From Octopus sinensis (Eukaryota), in the NCBI RefSeq assembly GCF_006345805.1, contig NC_043011.1, forward strand, positions 62,880,464 through 62,944,463: DNA of 64,000 bases, given 5' to 3'. This document shows, in pieces, positions 1 through 13,432 of this stretch. The first letter of the stretch is position 1, and each line of letters starts with the position of its first letter. Made by a program: the position numbers and the translations under genes. The notes beneath the pieces are model-generated. The model was given only the letters and a program-made list of their open reading frames with translations. It was not told where the DNA came from and searched no databases.

Positions 1-400
1 CTCACGAATGAGGAGAGCTCGCTGACAGATGGCATTGTCGTCGTCCAGAATGCAGTTCTTCCTGCTTCACAGATCTCGAAGCTTTCAACGATTGTCCTCC
101 CGCAAACGTTTCGAAAGTTCGCAGTTGATCTCTCGATCGGCGGTCTGGCTCTTGGGAACGATCGATTCAAACAACCGCTGATATCGAAAAAAGAAATCGA
201 TGGACATGCTGTTGATTGAGCATGTTCGGTCATGGACAGGAAGGCATCTTCCATCGTTCACGCTGCTGCTTCGGCGCCGTAAGCTTGTTGAAACATGCTC
301 AATACCTCTGTAGAAGATTTCCCGAATTGATCGCAAAACTTCACGTTGGCTCTTTGTTCCAACTTCCTGTACGTTACAAAATCGCAGACTACAGCATACA
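1..400 (-). mobile_element. Degenerate, internally deleted mariner transposase remnant running off the window start
   Basis: The minus strand gives EQRANVKFCDQFGKSSTEVLSMFQQAYGAEA (mariner N-terminal HTH). It is joined to QQRERWKMPSCP..SMSIDFF..IVPKSQTADREINCELSKRLREDNR..KNCILDDDNAICQRALLIRE, which matches the mariner QWK..SP / FF / LxRLRE / HHDNAP blocks. Stops and frameshifts are present. Confidence 0.85.
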
Positions 401-2328
401 CGGGATCACAAGAACCCACAATTCACGAATTGCGAAATAAACACAGCGATGTGTCTCGGACACTCCCTTATGAAGGTCACTACCGGTCTGACATTTTAGG
501 TGGCTGGGGTGAGACGATTGCATCAACCCCAGTACTCAACTGCTACTTATTTTTTGGGAGCCAAAAGAATGAAGGAAAACTCGATTTCGATGAAGTTTGA
601 ACTCAGAAGTTTAATATTGTGAAGCTCTTCTGCAGCATGCTGAAGGTTCTGGCAACTAGGCACCTTTAAAATAATGCTTTCAAACTTTGGCAAATTCCCA
701 GCAATTTCAGGAGAAGGGGCTAACTGAGCAGAATCGGTCCTGTATTTATTTGGTACTTATTTTATCGCATTGGAAAGTCGATTCGGCGGAATTTGAACTC
801 AGGATTTATAGACTGAAAAAATGTCAGTGTGTATGATATTAAAAGATGAACGGAATGGTACTAAGTAGCCTAAAATATCGACAGTCTAGTGAGGTACATC
901 ATTCAGTACCATAAACTGGAAACTTAATGCCTTACTGCGGGATCGATCCCGGTACGTCTGACAAAGAACTTGTGAACACTGTTATGTCTATGCCTGAAAC
1001 ATTTCAGATATGTTTTTTTTTTCCGTGTCTGCGAACTGGTTTAATGCACTTCAAATGAAACTGTCTATTTTTGTAGAGTGTTGGATTTCATGATATCTCA
1101 ACCTCTATTTTACGAGTCTTAATAAAATTGGCAAAAGCTCTGCTTTGCTTTTCATCATATGCACTACTGGTATTTTTTTCATTAGTTCCTAGTTCTTTCT
1201 TTTCTTTCTTTTTCCGCATCTCCGTTTCACTTCTGATCTAAATTGGTTTCCCCCGTCGTTTATAATTTTCCTTTCAGTATATTTTACTGCTTTCTGCACA
1301 AACACCCACATCCAACCGCCATTCTTTTTTTTGCCATAATCAAACTTCTTTACAGAAACGAACAACAAATATGTGGAAATATAAATCTATATCCATTGGA
1401 CAACGAGCAGAAACTGAGAGTTGAAACCACACAGACACACGCACACAAGCACATACAGACGCACATGGATACACACACACACACACGTGCACACAAACAC
1501 ACATACACGCACACAAACACACAGACATGCACACATAAACACTCAGGCAAACACACACATACGCGGGCAAAATATTTCATGCAGTATCACTTTAGAATCC
1601 ACCCACGTACAGCTATACATTTTCCTTCCGTGTATATGTGATTTATCTTGTATGAAATTTCCATTTTTTATATAGTCATTTGGCTTTGTTGAAGTTGATA
1701 TGCCAGCCTATTAACTGGCACATCCTAAGTATATAGACATTTACGATGCTGCCTTCGGAAAAAAAATATGATGCGTTTTATTTAATATAGCTGTTCAAGA
1801 AAACTAATTTTCCCATTTTACTGCATTGAAGATACATGAGAATTCACGGCGTGTGTTGTTAATATGTGTGCATACACACACAAACACACATACATACACA
1901 CACACACGCATAGACACACACACTCAAGCACACGCATGTGTATATGGATTACATCGACGTCAGTAGTTAACTGGTACTTATTCTATTGTTCCCCCTCCAA
2001 AATGATGACTGGAACAATTGTCCTAGGCGGAATTTCAACACAGAACCTGAAGAGGGACGAAATAGCTGCTATGCATTTGGCCCACGTTTTAACGATTATG
2101 CCTGTTCGCCGTTTTCATGGACACACGCACCGCGCATATACATACACAAACAAACACAAACACACACGGATACATATTTGTACATCTATGTCTATCTATC
2201 TATCTATCTATTTATCTCTCTGTCTGTCTATCTATCTATCTATTTATATGCCATACGGTTTGTGCACAAATTCTGCACTTACCACTATCTGATGTGCTGT
2301 CTATTCTGCATTTGATATAATTGGTTCA

Positions 2329-2390
<62 letters not shown>

Positions 2391-2391
<1 letters not shown>

Positions 2392-2774
2392 CTCTCTCTA
2401 TATAAACGGCAGTTTGTCTGTGCGTGTTTCTGTGTGTCTGTTTGCTTGTACCCTCACCCTGACCACGGCTTTCAACCGATTCTGATGAAACTTGGCACAC
2501 ACATAGCCCAATGTCATAACTCAAAACTAACGCAGCGAAAATTTTGAAAAGTTCCCCCAGTTCCGAAAAAAAAGGATAAATTCGACATGGGGTCGAGAAT
2601 CAGAAACACAAACCGCAAACTGTCTAGGGGACGCAACTCCACCTTTTTTAACTAAAAAAAACAATTTAACATCATTTTTTTCCATTTTTTTGCTATTTTT
2701 TGGCTATAACTCTCTAAAAATGCTTTACAGTTATTTCCCTTACAAACCTGAGCAACGCCGGGCGATACTACTAG
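2391..2774 (+). mobile_element. Non-autonomous Helitron, copy A
   Basis: Starts A|TC (2390/2391) and ends CTAG|T (2771-2774). A GC-rich subterminal hairpin (cctgagcaacgccggg) precedes the end. It interrupts an (ATT)n tract without a TSD. Confidence 0.8.
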
Positions 2775-2801
2775 TTATTATTATTATCGTCATCATCATC
2801 A

Positions 2802-2838
<37 letters not shown>

Positions 2839-3046
2839 GGTGGCGACTAGGTAGAATCCCTAGCATGCCCGATGAAATATCTGGCGGCATTTCGTCTGCC
2901 GCTCTGTTCTGGTTTGAAATTCTGCGGGGGGCGATTTTGCCTTTCATTCTTTTAGGGTCGATAAATTAAGTACCAGCGAACACTGGGTAGATGCAATCGA
3001 CTTATCCCCACCCCGGACATGGCTGCCTATGTGGTAAAATTTGAAA
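2839..3046 (+). mobile_element. tRNA-derived SINE, family 1 (core gcctttcatcctttcggggtcgataaattaagtacca)
   Basis: Has a tRNA-like head, the conserved core and a tail ending aaaatttgaaa followed by (ATT)n. Further diverged copies lie near 520-660(-), 680-810(-), 1950-2090(-), 3560-3760(+), 11650-11840(+), 20445-20600(-) and 59410-59620(-). Confidence 0.8.
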
Positions 3047-3047
3047 T

Positions 3048-3058
3048 CATTATTACTA

Positions 3059-3091
<33 letters not shown>

Positions 3092-3160
3092 TATTATTAT
3101 ATTATTATTATTATTATTATTATCATTATTATTATTATCATTAATATCATTATTGTCATT

Positions 3161-3228
<68 letters not shown>

Positions 3229-3274
3229 CATTATTATCATTATTATTATTATTGTTATCATTATTATCATTATC

Positions 3275-3306
<32 letters not shown>

Positions 3307-3448
3307 TATCATTATTATCATTATCATTATTATTATGATTATTATTATTATTATTATTATTATTAATATTATTATTATCATTATTATCATTATCGTCATT
3401 ATTATTATTATCATTATTATCATTATTATCATTATCATCATTTTATTA

Positions 3449-3491
<43 letters not shown>

Positions 3492-3496
3492 TACTA
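3048..3496. repeat. (ATT/ATC)n trinucleotide microsatellite, probably an expanded SINE tail
   Basis: About 450 bp of ATT/ATC repeats immediately 3' of the SINE. It is the source of the poly-I/poly-L ORFs. Confidence 0.95.
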
Positions 3497-4449
3497 TACG
3501 CTTCTCGAAATTGCTGGCCTTGTGCCAAAATTTGAAAGCAGTATTAGTCATGCACAGGTTTTCGAGCTGCCAGAACTTTTAGCACGCCGGACAAAATGCT
3601 TAGCAGCATCTGTTCCAAAATTAATTTCTCAGTTACAATTTCGCCGTGGTCGATTTTGCCCTTCATCCTTTCAGGGTACGACCTCATGACGATGATCGAT
3701 ACAATTAATTTACACGCTTCCTCGAAATTGATTACCCTTGTGCCCAAAAGAGAATTCAATACAATTCAAATGACGATTATGTCAGCTTGAAGTCGTTTAA
3801 CATACACAAATATTTAAACTTTATGTAAGTTCATATTTATAGTATCCTTGCAGTAAATCCGCTCAATTCAGACGTAAAACAATTTTTATTATTGCTACGA
3901 AGTATTTATTTTGTTTTAATATTATCTACTAGTGTAATCAACAGAACGTTATTTACGGTAACCCATTTATAAACTTTACACACAAATTTGTATTTCTCCT
4001 GGAGTTATTTACATTTTTATGTTTGTTTTACACAAATTGAAATCAAATGAGATTTTTTATCTCATTGCACAAGACGTAACAGTAGATTAGTTCCGCTGCC
4101 TTCACTGAAAATGCAAACGAAAAACAAAGCTTTCAAAACGAGAAAAAAGTTATTCAAAAGCACAATTTACTCACAACTATTTTTTTCATATTTGATTTGA
4201 AGATGTTTGTCAATTTTTGTTGTCTGTATGGCAACGTGAATGGGAAACGGTATGATATTCACAAACAATGTTCTAAATAATGTGGGCGTTTATGTATGTA
4301 ATATCTTATCCATATAGACACACAGGCATAGAAACACACACACACACGCACTCACTCACATATATACTCACACACTTGTACCCCCTATATATATATGTAT
4401 GTGTATATATATAATAATAATAATAATATAATAATAATAATAATAATAA

Positions 4450-4500
<51 letters not shown>

Positions 4501-4564
4501 TACATACATATACACATTACATATATACATGCAGACATCAAAACATATATGTATATTATGTGTG

Positions 4565-5805
4565 TCATACACCATGATTTCAGCAAGGCATTTGACAGAG
4601 TGGACAACAAAAATCCTGCTGAAGAAACTGTCCAAAATTGGAGTCTACGGAAAGCTGCTGCAGTGGATCAAGTGTTTCCTCACGAACAGAACCGAACATG
4701 ATGTGTTTGAGGGAATAGGATCCAGCTCAGCGAAAGTAAGTGGTTGTGTTCCAAAAGGTAAGCGTTTGGGCCGAAACTTCTTCATTATTTACATCAACGA
4801 GATAGTAGATGTCATCAAACATTCTGCATTGAAAATCTTCGCAGATGATTCCAAACCCCGGAAAGCCATATTCGATTGAAGAGACCGAATCTGCCTTCAG
4901 TCAGATCTGTGTGCTATCGTCCAATGGGCGGAAAGAAACAATATGCATTTAAATGAAGATAAGTTTGATTTGATCCACTTTAAGAAAGAGGAAACTCTGA
5001 AATTACCATATGCTCTTCGCTCGGGCGATACCCTAGTGTCAACCAATAATACCAGAATTCTTGGAGAGATTGTTGATAACAATCTAAGCTGGAGGTCCCA
5101 CGTATACAGCAAGGTTTACTTGGCTCGCAAGATGTGCTCCTGGATTCTGAGAACTTTCCGGTCTAGAGATGCCTACATTATTATCCTTCTCTACTTTTGC
5201 CCGGCTTCGCCTTGAGTACTGTTGCCCACTGTGGTTTCTCCATACGAAACGACTCATTATGAAAGTAAAAACATTCCAGAGGTCAATAACATGAAAGATA
5301 GATGGCATGAGATAGCATTGACTCTTGGGGTCGACTAAAAAATAAATACTCGACATCTACTATCTCGAACGCCTCTGGGAGCGCTTCATCATTTGTGTTA
5401 TGTGGGAAATATTCCATCAATGTTGCACAAATGATGTTGGGATCAATTTTAAAACCCATACAAGACTTGGCCCCCGTGCTATCCGCCAACTACAAAAGTC
5501 GACTCGGTACACATAGCAACATTACTTCACAATTACTTTACCTCAACCGACCCAACTCTTTTCAATACCATACCAAAATACGTCCAAACGGAAACGGATC
5601 CCATAAAATTCCAATGTTTACTAGACAAATTTCTTTAAAAAAATCCCGGGCCAACATCCTACACGCGGATATGTCCCCAACAATAATAAAAATGTCTTAG
5701 GGTGGGCTATAGTGCTCCATGTAGGACTAAAGGCTTCACCAGGTGGTGCTACTGAGTTAGACATGGCCCGGGCCTATAATGGGCGAACCTATCAAAGTTA
5801 AAGTT
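4565..5805 (+). mobile_element. 5'-truncated CR1-group LINE (reverse transcriptase C-terminal part), pseudogenised
   Basis: Across frameshifts: DFSKAFDRVD..LLKKLSKIGVYGKLLQWIKCFLTNR..GCVPKG..FFIIYINE..KIFADDSK, then LQSDL..QWAERNNMHLNEDK..LGEIVDNNLSWRSHV..EYCCPLW. These are RT motifs typical of CR1/L2/Crack LINEs. Confidence 0.9.
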
Positions 5806-5868
5806 ATCATATGTACATACATACATATAGTACATGCATGCATTTATCAAAATATACATATATATGTG

Positions 5869-5907
<39 letters not shown>

Positions 5908-5909
<2 letters not shown>

Positions 5910-6698
5910 TAACAAAAAGGGTTCAGCAAAGATTTGCTTCACCACACACCGAAGTTTAGAAATAGCAGCCAAAAATCTTAGCTATTTCTTCTATTTTAAA
6001 AGGGGTTCTCCTGGAGAAACCAAAATACTTGAAGATAATTCACACAAGCAGAGAGTAAAGCAACGAAAATCAATCAATATCTGGTTATCCATGGACGCGC
6101 GTTTCTGAATTAGGTTTTGCATAAAGAATATAAAATTATACTTTACTAAACATATTTTTCATCGGCATGGCTTTCCACGATAATTCGAAGGTACTAGAAT
6201 AGTTGAACAAATCTTTCCACCAAACGGTATTAGAACAGATCAAATTCAATGTTAGCACCGCCGAATTCAAAATATGAATGAGGTTCGCTTAGCTCCCCCG
6301 CCCGCCCGCGTGTGTCTTCAAGTAAACTTCTACAGGAAAAAAATCTGCAGTTTGTTCTCTGGGAGAAAATTCTCTTATCAATAATAACAAATGGTAAAAT
6401 TAATTAATTAAGAAGTAATTAATAATTTCACCAAGTAGAATTCGGTATGAAAAAAGGACCATTTCACGGTAAGTTTAAGTAATATTAACAAAAAGGGTTC
6501 AGCAAAGATGAAAAGTAGAAGAAATAGCTAAGATTTTTGGCTGGTATTTCTAAACTTCGGTGTGTGGTGAAGCAAATCTTTGCTGAACCCTTTTTATTAG
6601 TATTACTTAAACTTTCCGTGAAATGGTCCTTTTTTCATACCGAATTCTACTTGGTGAAATTATTAACTACTTCTTAATTAATTGATTTTACCCTTTGG

Positions 6699-6703
<5 letters not shown>
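5908..6703. mobile_element. Non-coding hammerhead-bearing inverted-arm element (retrozyme/PLE-pLTR-like)
   Basis: The direct repeat aacaaaa(a)gggttcagcaaagat occurs at about 5911 and 6487 (period about 577 bp). 6511-6703 is an inverted copy of 5908-5993 plus 6380-6490. (TA)n flanks both sides. Confidence 0.75.
6089..6170 (-). ncRNA. Variant or degenerate type I hammerhead ribozyme
   Basis: Minus strand: ccatg-CCGATGA-[53 nt, poorly paired helix II]-GAAA-cgcgcg-TC-catgg. Helix I and a palindromic helix III are present. Confidence 0.6.
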
Positions 6704-6761
<58 letters not shown>

Positions 6762-6812
6762 ATATACATATACGTATGTACATACATATATGTCTTTATA
6801 ATATATATATAT

Positions 6813-8080
6813 GAAAAAACAAGTCAAGATAGAAAATGCTAAAATAATTTTATAAAGAACATTTCAGTACCGGTTTCGGACATTTTGAGACCTTTTCAAC
6901 TGTAACGATTAAATAATTAAATTTAGAAAAATTAAAAGAAAAGTAAAAAAAAATTTTTGTATAGTGTTCAAATATCTGCCTTGCTCTGTCTCTCTTGTTT
7001 GCACTTGTGTGTTCGAGGTCCTTGTGAATTCTTGGTAGGGTAGAAGAAGAAGAAGGATGATGAGGAGAAGGGGTGGAAAAATTTGGGAGTGCCTTGATTG
7101 TCGTATTTTGAATGATCAGTTGCAGTTCAATTCAGGAGAATATTTCTATTGAAAGGTTTGTTTATAGAATTTATAGAAAAGCATTGGTGATAAAGTTAAG
7201 AAGTAGAAGGTGGAGCAGAAGAAGAAGAAGAAGAAAAAGAAGAAGAAGAAGAAGAAGAAAAACATGATGATGACGATGTTGATGATGATGATGAAGAAGA
7301 AGAAGAAGGAGAAGAAGAAGAAGATGATGATGATGATGGTGGTGATGATGATGACGACGATGATGAAGGAGAGGATGAAGAAGAAAGAGAAGGGAGAATA
7401 TGAATGAGTGGAAGTAGTGAGGTGTTGTATGACTTGAAGTTGGCACGTTATGGATTATAGCTGTGATTGGGGATGATTTGTAATGGATCATTTGGAATGT
7501 AATATTTGCGTGTGTATTTGTGTTATTCTAAAGCTTGGGTGTATAAATCGTTTGTCGTAGACCCGTTAAGAAGTGGCCTGTATTTTGTAATAAAGAGAGT
7601 TTCTTTACTTATTCGTTGTCTCGAGGTTGTATCGTCCCTGAATTGGTAGAAGGGTAAAATCCTGAAGCCTGGTGTTTTGTTGTTGGCGCAAGTATCTATG
7701 TGTTGGCTGAAAGTTATTTTTCTGTTTTAAGGAATTTTTATCTGGGATCTGTGCAGGGCCATTCTTTTACGCAAACTATTTTTTGTTTGGCCTATGTACT
7801 GCTCTTGACATAATGAGCAGGTTTGTGTGTATATCAGGTTCTCCGAAGCACATGTGAAGTTGCTTTTCACTGTAAACCGTTGTCCCTGTTTGAAGGAGAA
7901 CTCTGATCCCTCAATTAGATAATCGCATATCCCGCAATTGGGTCTTCCACATTTTTTTACTGTCGGCTTCTGTGTTGAAGAGTGTATTCGGGTTTGTGCT
8001 AGGGAGACTTTTCATAGATGTAGGCTGCCTCTTGGTTTTTATGATCGTGTATGTTTTATGATCGTGCGTGTTTTATGATC

Positions 8081-8086
<6 letters not shown>
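6813..8086 (-). mobile_element. Penelope-like element, 5'-truncated copy (GIY-YIG region plus 3' end)
   Basis: Highly similar to 41551-42835. Encodes CGRPNCGICDYL..NFTCASENLIY..EQYIGQTK. Flanked by (TA)n. Confidence 0.92.
6865..6902 (-). ncRNA. Minimal type I hammerhead (U3-A8 variant) in the PLE 3' end
   Basis: cag-TTGAAAA-ggtc-tcaaaat-gtcc-GAAA-ccgg-TA-ctg. Helix II has one mismatch relative to the 41.6 kb copy. Confidence 0.7.
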
Positions 8087-8118
<32 letters not shown>

Positions 8119-8654
8119 TTTAACATAAGTCTCCCTGCTTCTATGCAGGTATGAGTTTCTATATCTAGGCATGTATCTATGTATATATACACAACGGAAT
8201 TTTCAGAAGTTACTGCTCATCAATTTTAAATGTTCTCTCCGAATAGATGGTTCACAATAGATTCTACAAACGTGACGTATAATTTTAACGTAGCTTCCAA
8301 TTAGAATCGACATAATATATTGAGGTGTCTCGCTCATTGAATTCCCACGGAAATCACCCTAACCGACTCATAGAGTGTCCTTCTCAGCACTTTATTAGAC
8401 ATGATTTCGTTACAAGAAGAAAAAGGAATGGAAATGGTTCATGATGCTGACGAAAGGGATTGAACTCACAAACACCTGGATACGAAGTAGACTTCTTGAA
8501 TACTCAGCCAAACCCACGTCGGTATTTTTATCGGTTAGGATTCGCGCCTGTAGAACATACCAGCTATGCAGATAAAAGGAGAGTGTGAGTGTATGCGTTC
8601 GCGTGCGCGTGCACACACGTACATGCACAAATATATACATATTTATATATGCAT

Positions 8655-8708
<54 letters not shown>

Positions 8709-8947
8709 CTTCATATATAAAAATATATACATATATATTTATATGTACGTACATTTCCGAATCACCAAAACATGTATGTGTATGTATATATCTATATATT
8801 TATATCCTATATGTATGTATGTATGCATGTATATATATAGAGAGAGAGATATGCATGCATACATACACATATACGTACATACATATATACATATACAAGC
8901 ACACATATACATATATTTATATGTATATGCGTATATATATATATATA

Positions 8948-10111
8948 CTAGCAGCTTAGCCCGGCGTTGTCCGAGTATGTAAGAGCTCCTAATAGGCAAC
9001 GACTAATCGCAATCTAGTCCTTTCCCTCTGGGGAACGAAGGCGCATGTGTAGGTTGCAATTTCATCTCTTCACCCCCAAATAACTATCAAACAGCTATCG
9101 ATAATTCAACCCAAGCAATTCCTACCAGGAAGAAATTACATTCGAGACTTTACCCCCAACACCGCCATTTCTGCTAATAGTTGCTGCAGCCGCAAGTTAT
9201 TCGAATACATTTTTTGTTTAAACTTTCCTTTTAACTACCACCCCAGACGTTTTACCTTAAATTTTTGACGTACCCTAGGGGTCCTTGGACGCTACTTGCA
9301 AACTCTTGGTTTATTATAAATCGCTTTTGTCATGTGCACCAAAAAACCTTTTCCATTCGTTTGTTCAGTTTGGTCACTTTGACTTTTTCGTTGTTGTCAC
9401 TCACATGGCTGCTCGTTTTTTTGCCGTTTTTGTACATTTTTATACATTTTGGGATATTTATCCCACGTGTTCCGACAATTAAAAGGTCGAGTTGCGTCCC
9501 CTAGACAGTCTGTGATTCGTATTTAATTCACAAATCGGTTTGCTATGTGTGCCACATATGATTTAATCAACCGATTTTTTCCAGTAATAAAGTATCCTAT
9601 TGGAATAAAAAGGGCCATATAGCTCCTTGGAGCAAACATGATGCTCGCTGTGAATTTAAAAAACAAATCCTGCCAATTTGTGAAAGATATTGTCGAAAAT
9701 ATGTCATCTTGAATTTGAACGCGATTTCCCAAAATGGCATGATTTTATCGATTTTTTCTGATGATAAGGTATTGCATGGAAAACTAACGGCAGAATTAAG
9801 TTTCTTAAGGTAACATTAAGCTTCACCATGAGTTTGGTGAAAATCGATTGCAAGTTGCGAAAACTACAACAGAAAATGTGTTGCATTTAAAAAGCTTAGA
9901 TTCTCGACCCCATATCGAATTTATCGATTTTCTTCAGAACTGGGGGAACTTTTCAAAATTTTCGCTGCCTTAGTTTTGAATTATGACAATGGGTTATGTG
10001 TGTGTCAAGTTTCATCAGAATCGGTTGCAAGCCATGGTCAGGGTGAGGGTATAACCTGATAGACACACAGACACACAGACAGACAAACTGCCGTTTATAT
10101 ATATAGAGAGA
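8948..10111 (-). mobile_element. Non-autonomous Helitron, copy B (1.16 kb)
   Basis: On the minus strand it starts A|TCtctctatatatataaacggcagtttgtctg, sharing its first ~200 bp with copy A. It ends with hairpin cggacaacgccggg plus CTAG|T. Confidence 0.8.
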
Positions 10112-10268
10112 TATATAGTGCGTATATTTATGTATACGTACATACACCCGTACATCCACACATATCCACACATATGTTTACATACACGTATAAAAATTCA
10201 CACACACGTACAGAGGTATACAGACTCACGCATATACATATATAAATACACACAGAATGAGAGAGAGA

Positions 10269-10318
<50 letters not shown>

Positions 10319-10793
10319 ATGGAGATAGAGTGAGTGATTTAAGTGACACTGTCAAGAAAAATTATATTTGTTATCATAACTTCTTTAAAACTTTTGTGAA
10401 ATCACCACATTATTTCTTTCGTGACATGAAGATAAATTAAGGCTAGAAAATCAAGAAGCAGCAGAATTATTATTATGTGAGTCACATAATCCTTCATGAA
10501 CGTACTTATGTTGAAACAGTGATTATTTTTTCTTCGCAGAATCTCATCGATTTTCTTCCCGTTTTCTTTGAATTCCTCTTATTTTTTATTTGCCCAATAC
10601 TTCAGTGTACTGTCGTTTATTTTAACCCTGAGAATTTGCTTTTTGGTCCGTGTGTCTTAATCTTTATATTTGTGATTTGTGGTGAAAATATGGTTTTGTC
10701 TTTAAATAATTTCCTTAGAACGAAGACATTCAGTGTTTGATCCTATATCCAGTTAATGCATTTGATTCCAACTATATATATATATATTATATA

Positions 10794-10850
<57 letters not shown>

Positions 10851-10948
10851 TATACATATATATATATACCTACGTACATATATATAGAGAGAAAGAGATA
10901 CATGCATACACACACATACATACATACATACATACATAATACTACTAC

Positions 10949-11019
<71 letters not shown>

Positions 11020-11063
11020 AAATTAGAGTGACAAAGAGTAAACAATGTTATTTTAAGCGTCAT

Positions 11064-11210
11064 GCATTACCTTAGAGTTGTTTCTGCTATAAGTATGCAA
11101 TGCTCTCATAATTGAATGTTTGAACATCACCCGATAGCTTCATCGAAAGCATCAAACATTCAGATTTTAGCATATTGTACCTTAGAGCAGAAAACAGCTG
11201 TAAAGTAATG
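11064..11210. repeat. Imperfect ~150 bp fold-back (MITE-like)
   Basis: cattaccttagagttgtttctgct..tgaatgtttga pairs with tcaaacattca..agcagaaaacagctgtaaagtaatg. Confidence 0.6.
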
Positions 11211-12775
11211 AAGTTTATAACACAACTTTTTTTCGTTCTGTTGCCATTCTAATTTCTCGTTACCACTCTGTACGCGACCAACACTTTGTTCTGAAACATA
11301 CGTATATTGAATTCTAGCACCAGGTTGTTTGTACCGCTATGGCTAGGCAACATAAACATACATTCATATAAATATACACCATAGTACATAGTTTGGGGTT
11401 GTATTTTGAAAGCAATTACGGATACAAATTCAATAGTCCAGAGCCGTGCGTAGAAACGCTGTAAGGGACGCAACTTTGCTATTTACACAAAATAGGAACA
11501 TGTTATATTTTCGGAGGCGCTCCCTCCGCTTATGTTTTTGCATAAGTCCAGTGGCAGGAAGCAGTCCAAGAAGTATACAATACAAGAATATATTTTATTG
11601 TAACGATTCTAAATATTATTTAATATCCTTAAAAAGGTCAGGGACTGGTAGAATTTCTTAGGAAAACATGCTTAGTGGCATTTCGTTCTTCCTTACCTCC
11701 CGAATTCACAATTCGCGGAAGTCAGCTTTGGCGCTTCAGTGTCGCCAAAATAAGTACCAATAACTGTTAATCCCTGGGGTCGATGTGATCAACTTTCCCT
11801 CTCCTCCGAAATGGCGAGCTTTGTGCCAAAAATTGAAACGATACTCTTTAAAGCATCTGCCTTTCTTTATTTGGATTCGTTATTAAAACCCATTTTAACC
11901 CACAGTCCTCGTTTGAGGACAGCTGCATTTGGTTTCTTTACTGCAATAAAGGTTAAATGGACTCAAAATAGCACTTGTGTTTATTTAACCACTGTATTTG
12001 GTTTATTTACTGCAGTAAATCTTAAATGGATGCTTCCGGATGTTTGTTATCCCTACTTATATAACTATCTTCAAACTTTCGACAGGGTTCATCTAGGTTA
12101 AAATGGGTCAATTTATCGCTTCTCAAATCCCATTTCCTTTACGAGTATATCTTCATCAACACTTTCTTCAGTTGCTATCACCTTTCCTTTTCCTCTTCTT
12201 CATCAACATCAACATCAGTTCATTATTACCGTAACCATCATCCTTCTTCTTCTCCTCCTCTTTCTCATCGCCATCATCCTCTCTACGTCTCCATCTTCCC
12301 TAGCCTTCCTCCACCGCCTCTCTTTCAATCTCTTACTCCAGGCCTTCCTCATCATCCTCACCCTTTTCCTTTCAATTTTACTTCTTAATATTTCTCTATA
12401 TATTTCTCTCATCTACAGATTTTCATCGCCATCTCTAGGTTTCTCTTTAAATCTTTTTCTTTCCTCTTCTTCCATCTTCTTTCATTATCTTTCATCAAGT
12501 GCCATAATTTATTTTTCATCTTTTTCGTCCACACTCATTTATGTTAGTTCCTTCTGTTACATCTGTCCGTAATTATTCTTCAATTTTAATTATGCTTTAA
12601 TGTTTACTCAGAAACCTATTCAAATGTGTCTTGGCGGTGAAAACCGTTGATATTACTCTCGAACAGTTCTTACTGTGGTAGCTGCGGCACAAAAATAGTA
12701 GTATGTGAATAATTTCAAAGCAAATGGGACAACCTCAAAAGAGGGAGGGAGAGAGAGCGAGATAGAGAGAGATAA

Positions 12776-12811
<36 letters not shown>

Positions 12812-12822
12812 ATATATATATA

Positions 12823-12878
<56 letters not shown>

Positions 12879-13432
12879 CAGTTTAAACTCCTGTAAAATT
12901 ACATCAAAAGAAGTTGATTTTCATTCAGAACGTTGAGAGAGGACGTCACTCAAAACCAGTTCCATCTGAAGGGCAAATGACGCAGAGATAAAGATAGATT
13001 CTAGTTACTGCATGCCAGAATCACATACATAGCACTAAATACTCACTAGATCATTAACTCGTTGGAATAGATTTCTTCTACTCACCTTCATCTTCTGTGA
13101 ATTCGGAATTTTTCATGAACGTGAAGTAGGTTGATTTTGTTTTGTTTTACGAAGATCTACACTCACTATGATACAGTCCTTAACCACAAGAACGAACCCA
13201 GAAAAAACATAACATAAAAGAAGTAAATGAAAACGTTCTTCAATCAGAGAAGAGATATATTTAGAGAACAAAATTCATAAGAAGTTGCTTTCGCTTGAAA
13301 TGGATGTACGCTTTGATGGACGTGGAACACGTTCTAAATTATAATGATTGTTATATACGGTGACACGCGTCCGCATTTACAGATACAAACACATGCAGCG
13401 TATACATACATACATACATATATATATATATA

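Noticed and set aside
85-600. ORFs 85-336, 216-440 and 346-600 as host genes
   Set aside because: Explained by the decayed mariner and an adjacent SINE.
12215-12412. Basic R/M-rich ORF
   Set aside because: Derived from a degenerate purine-rich low-complexity tract.
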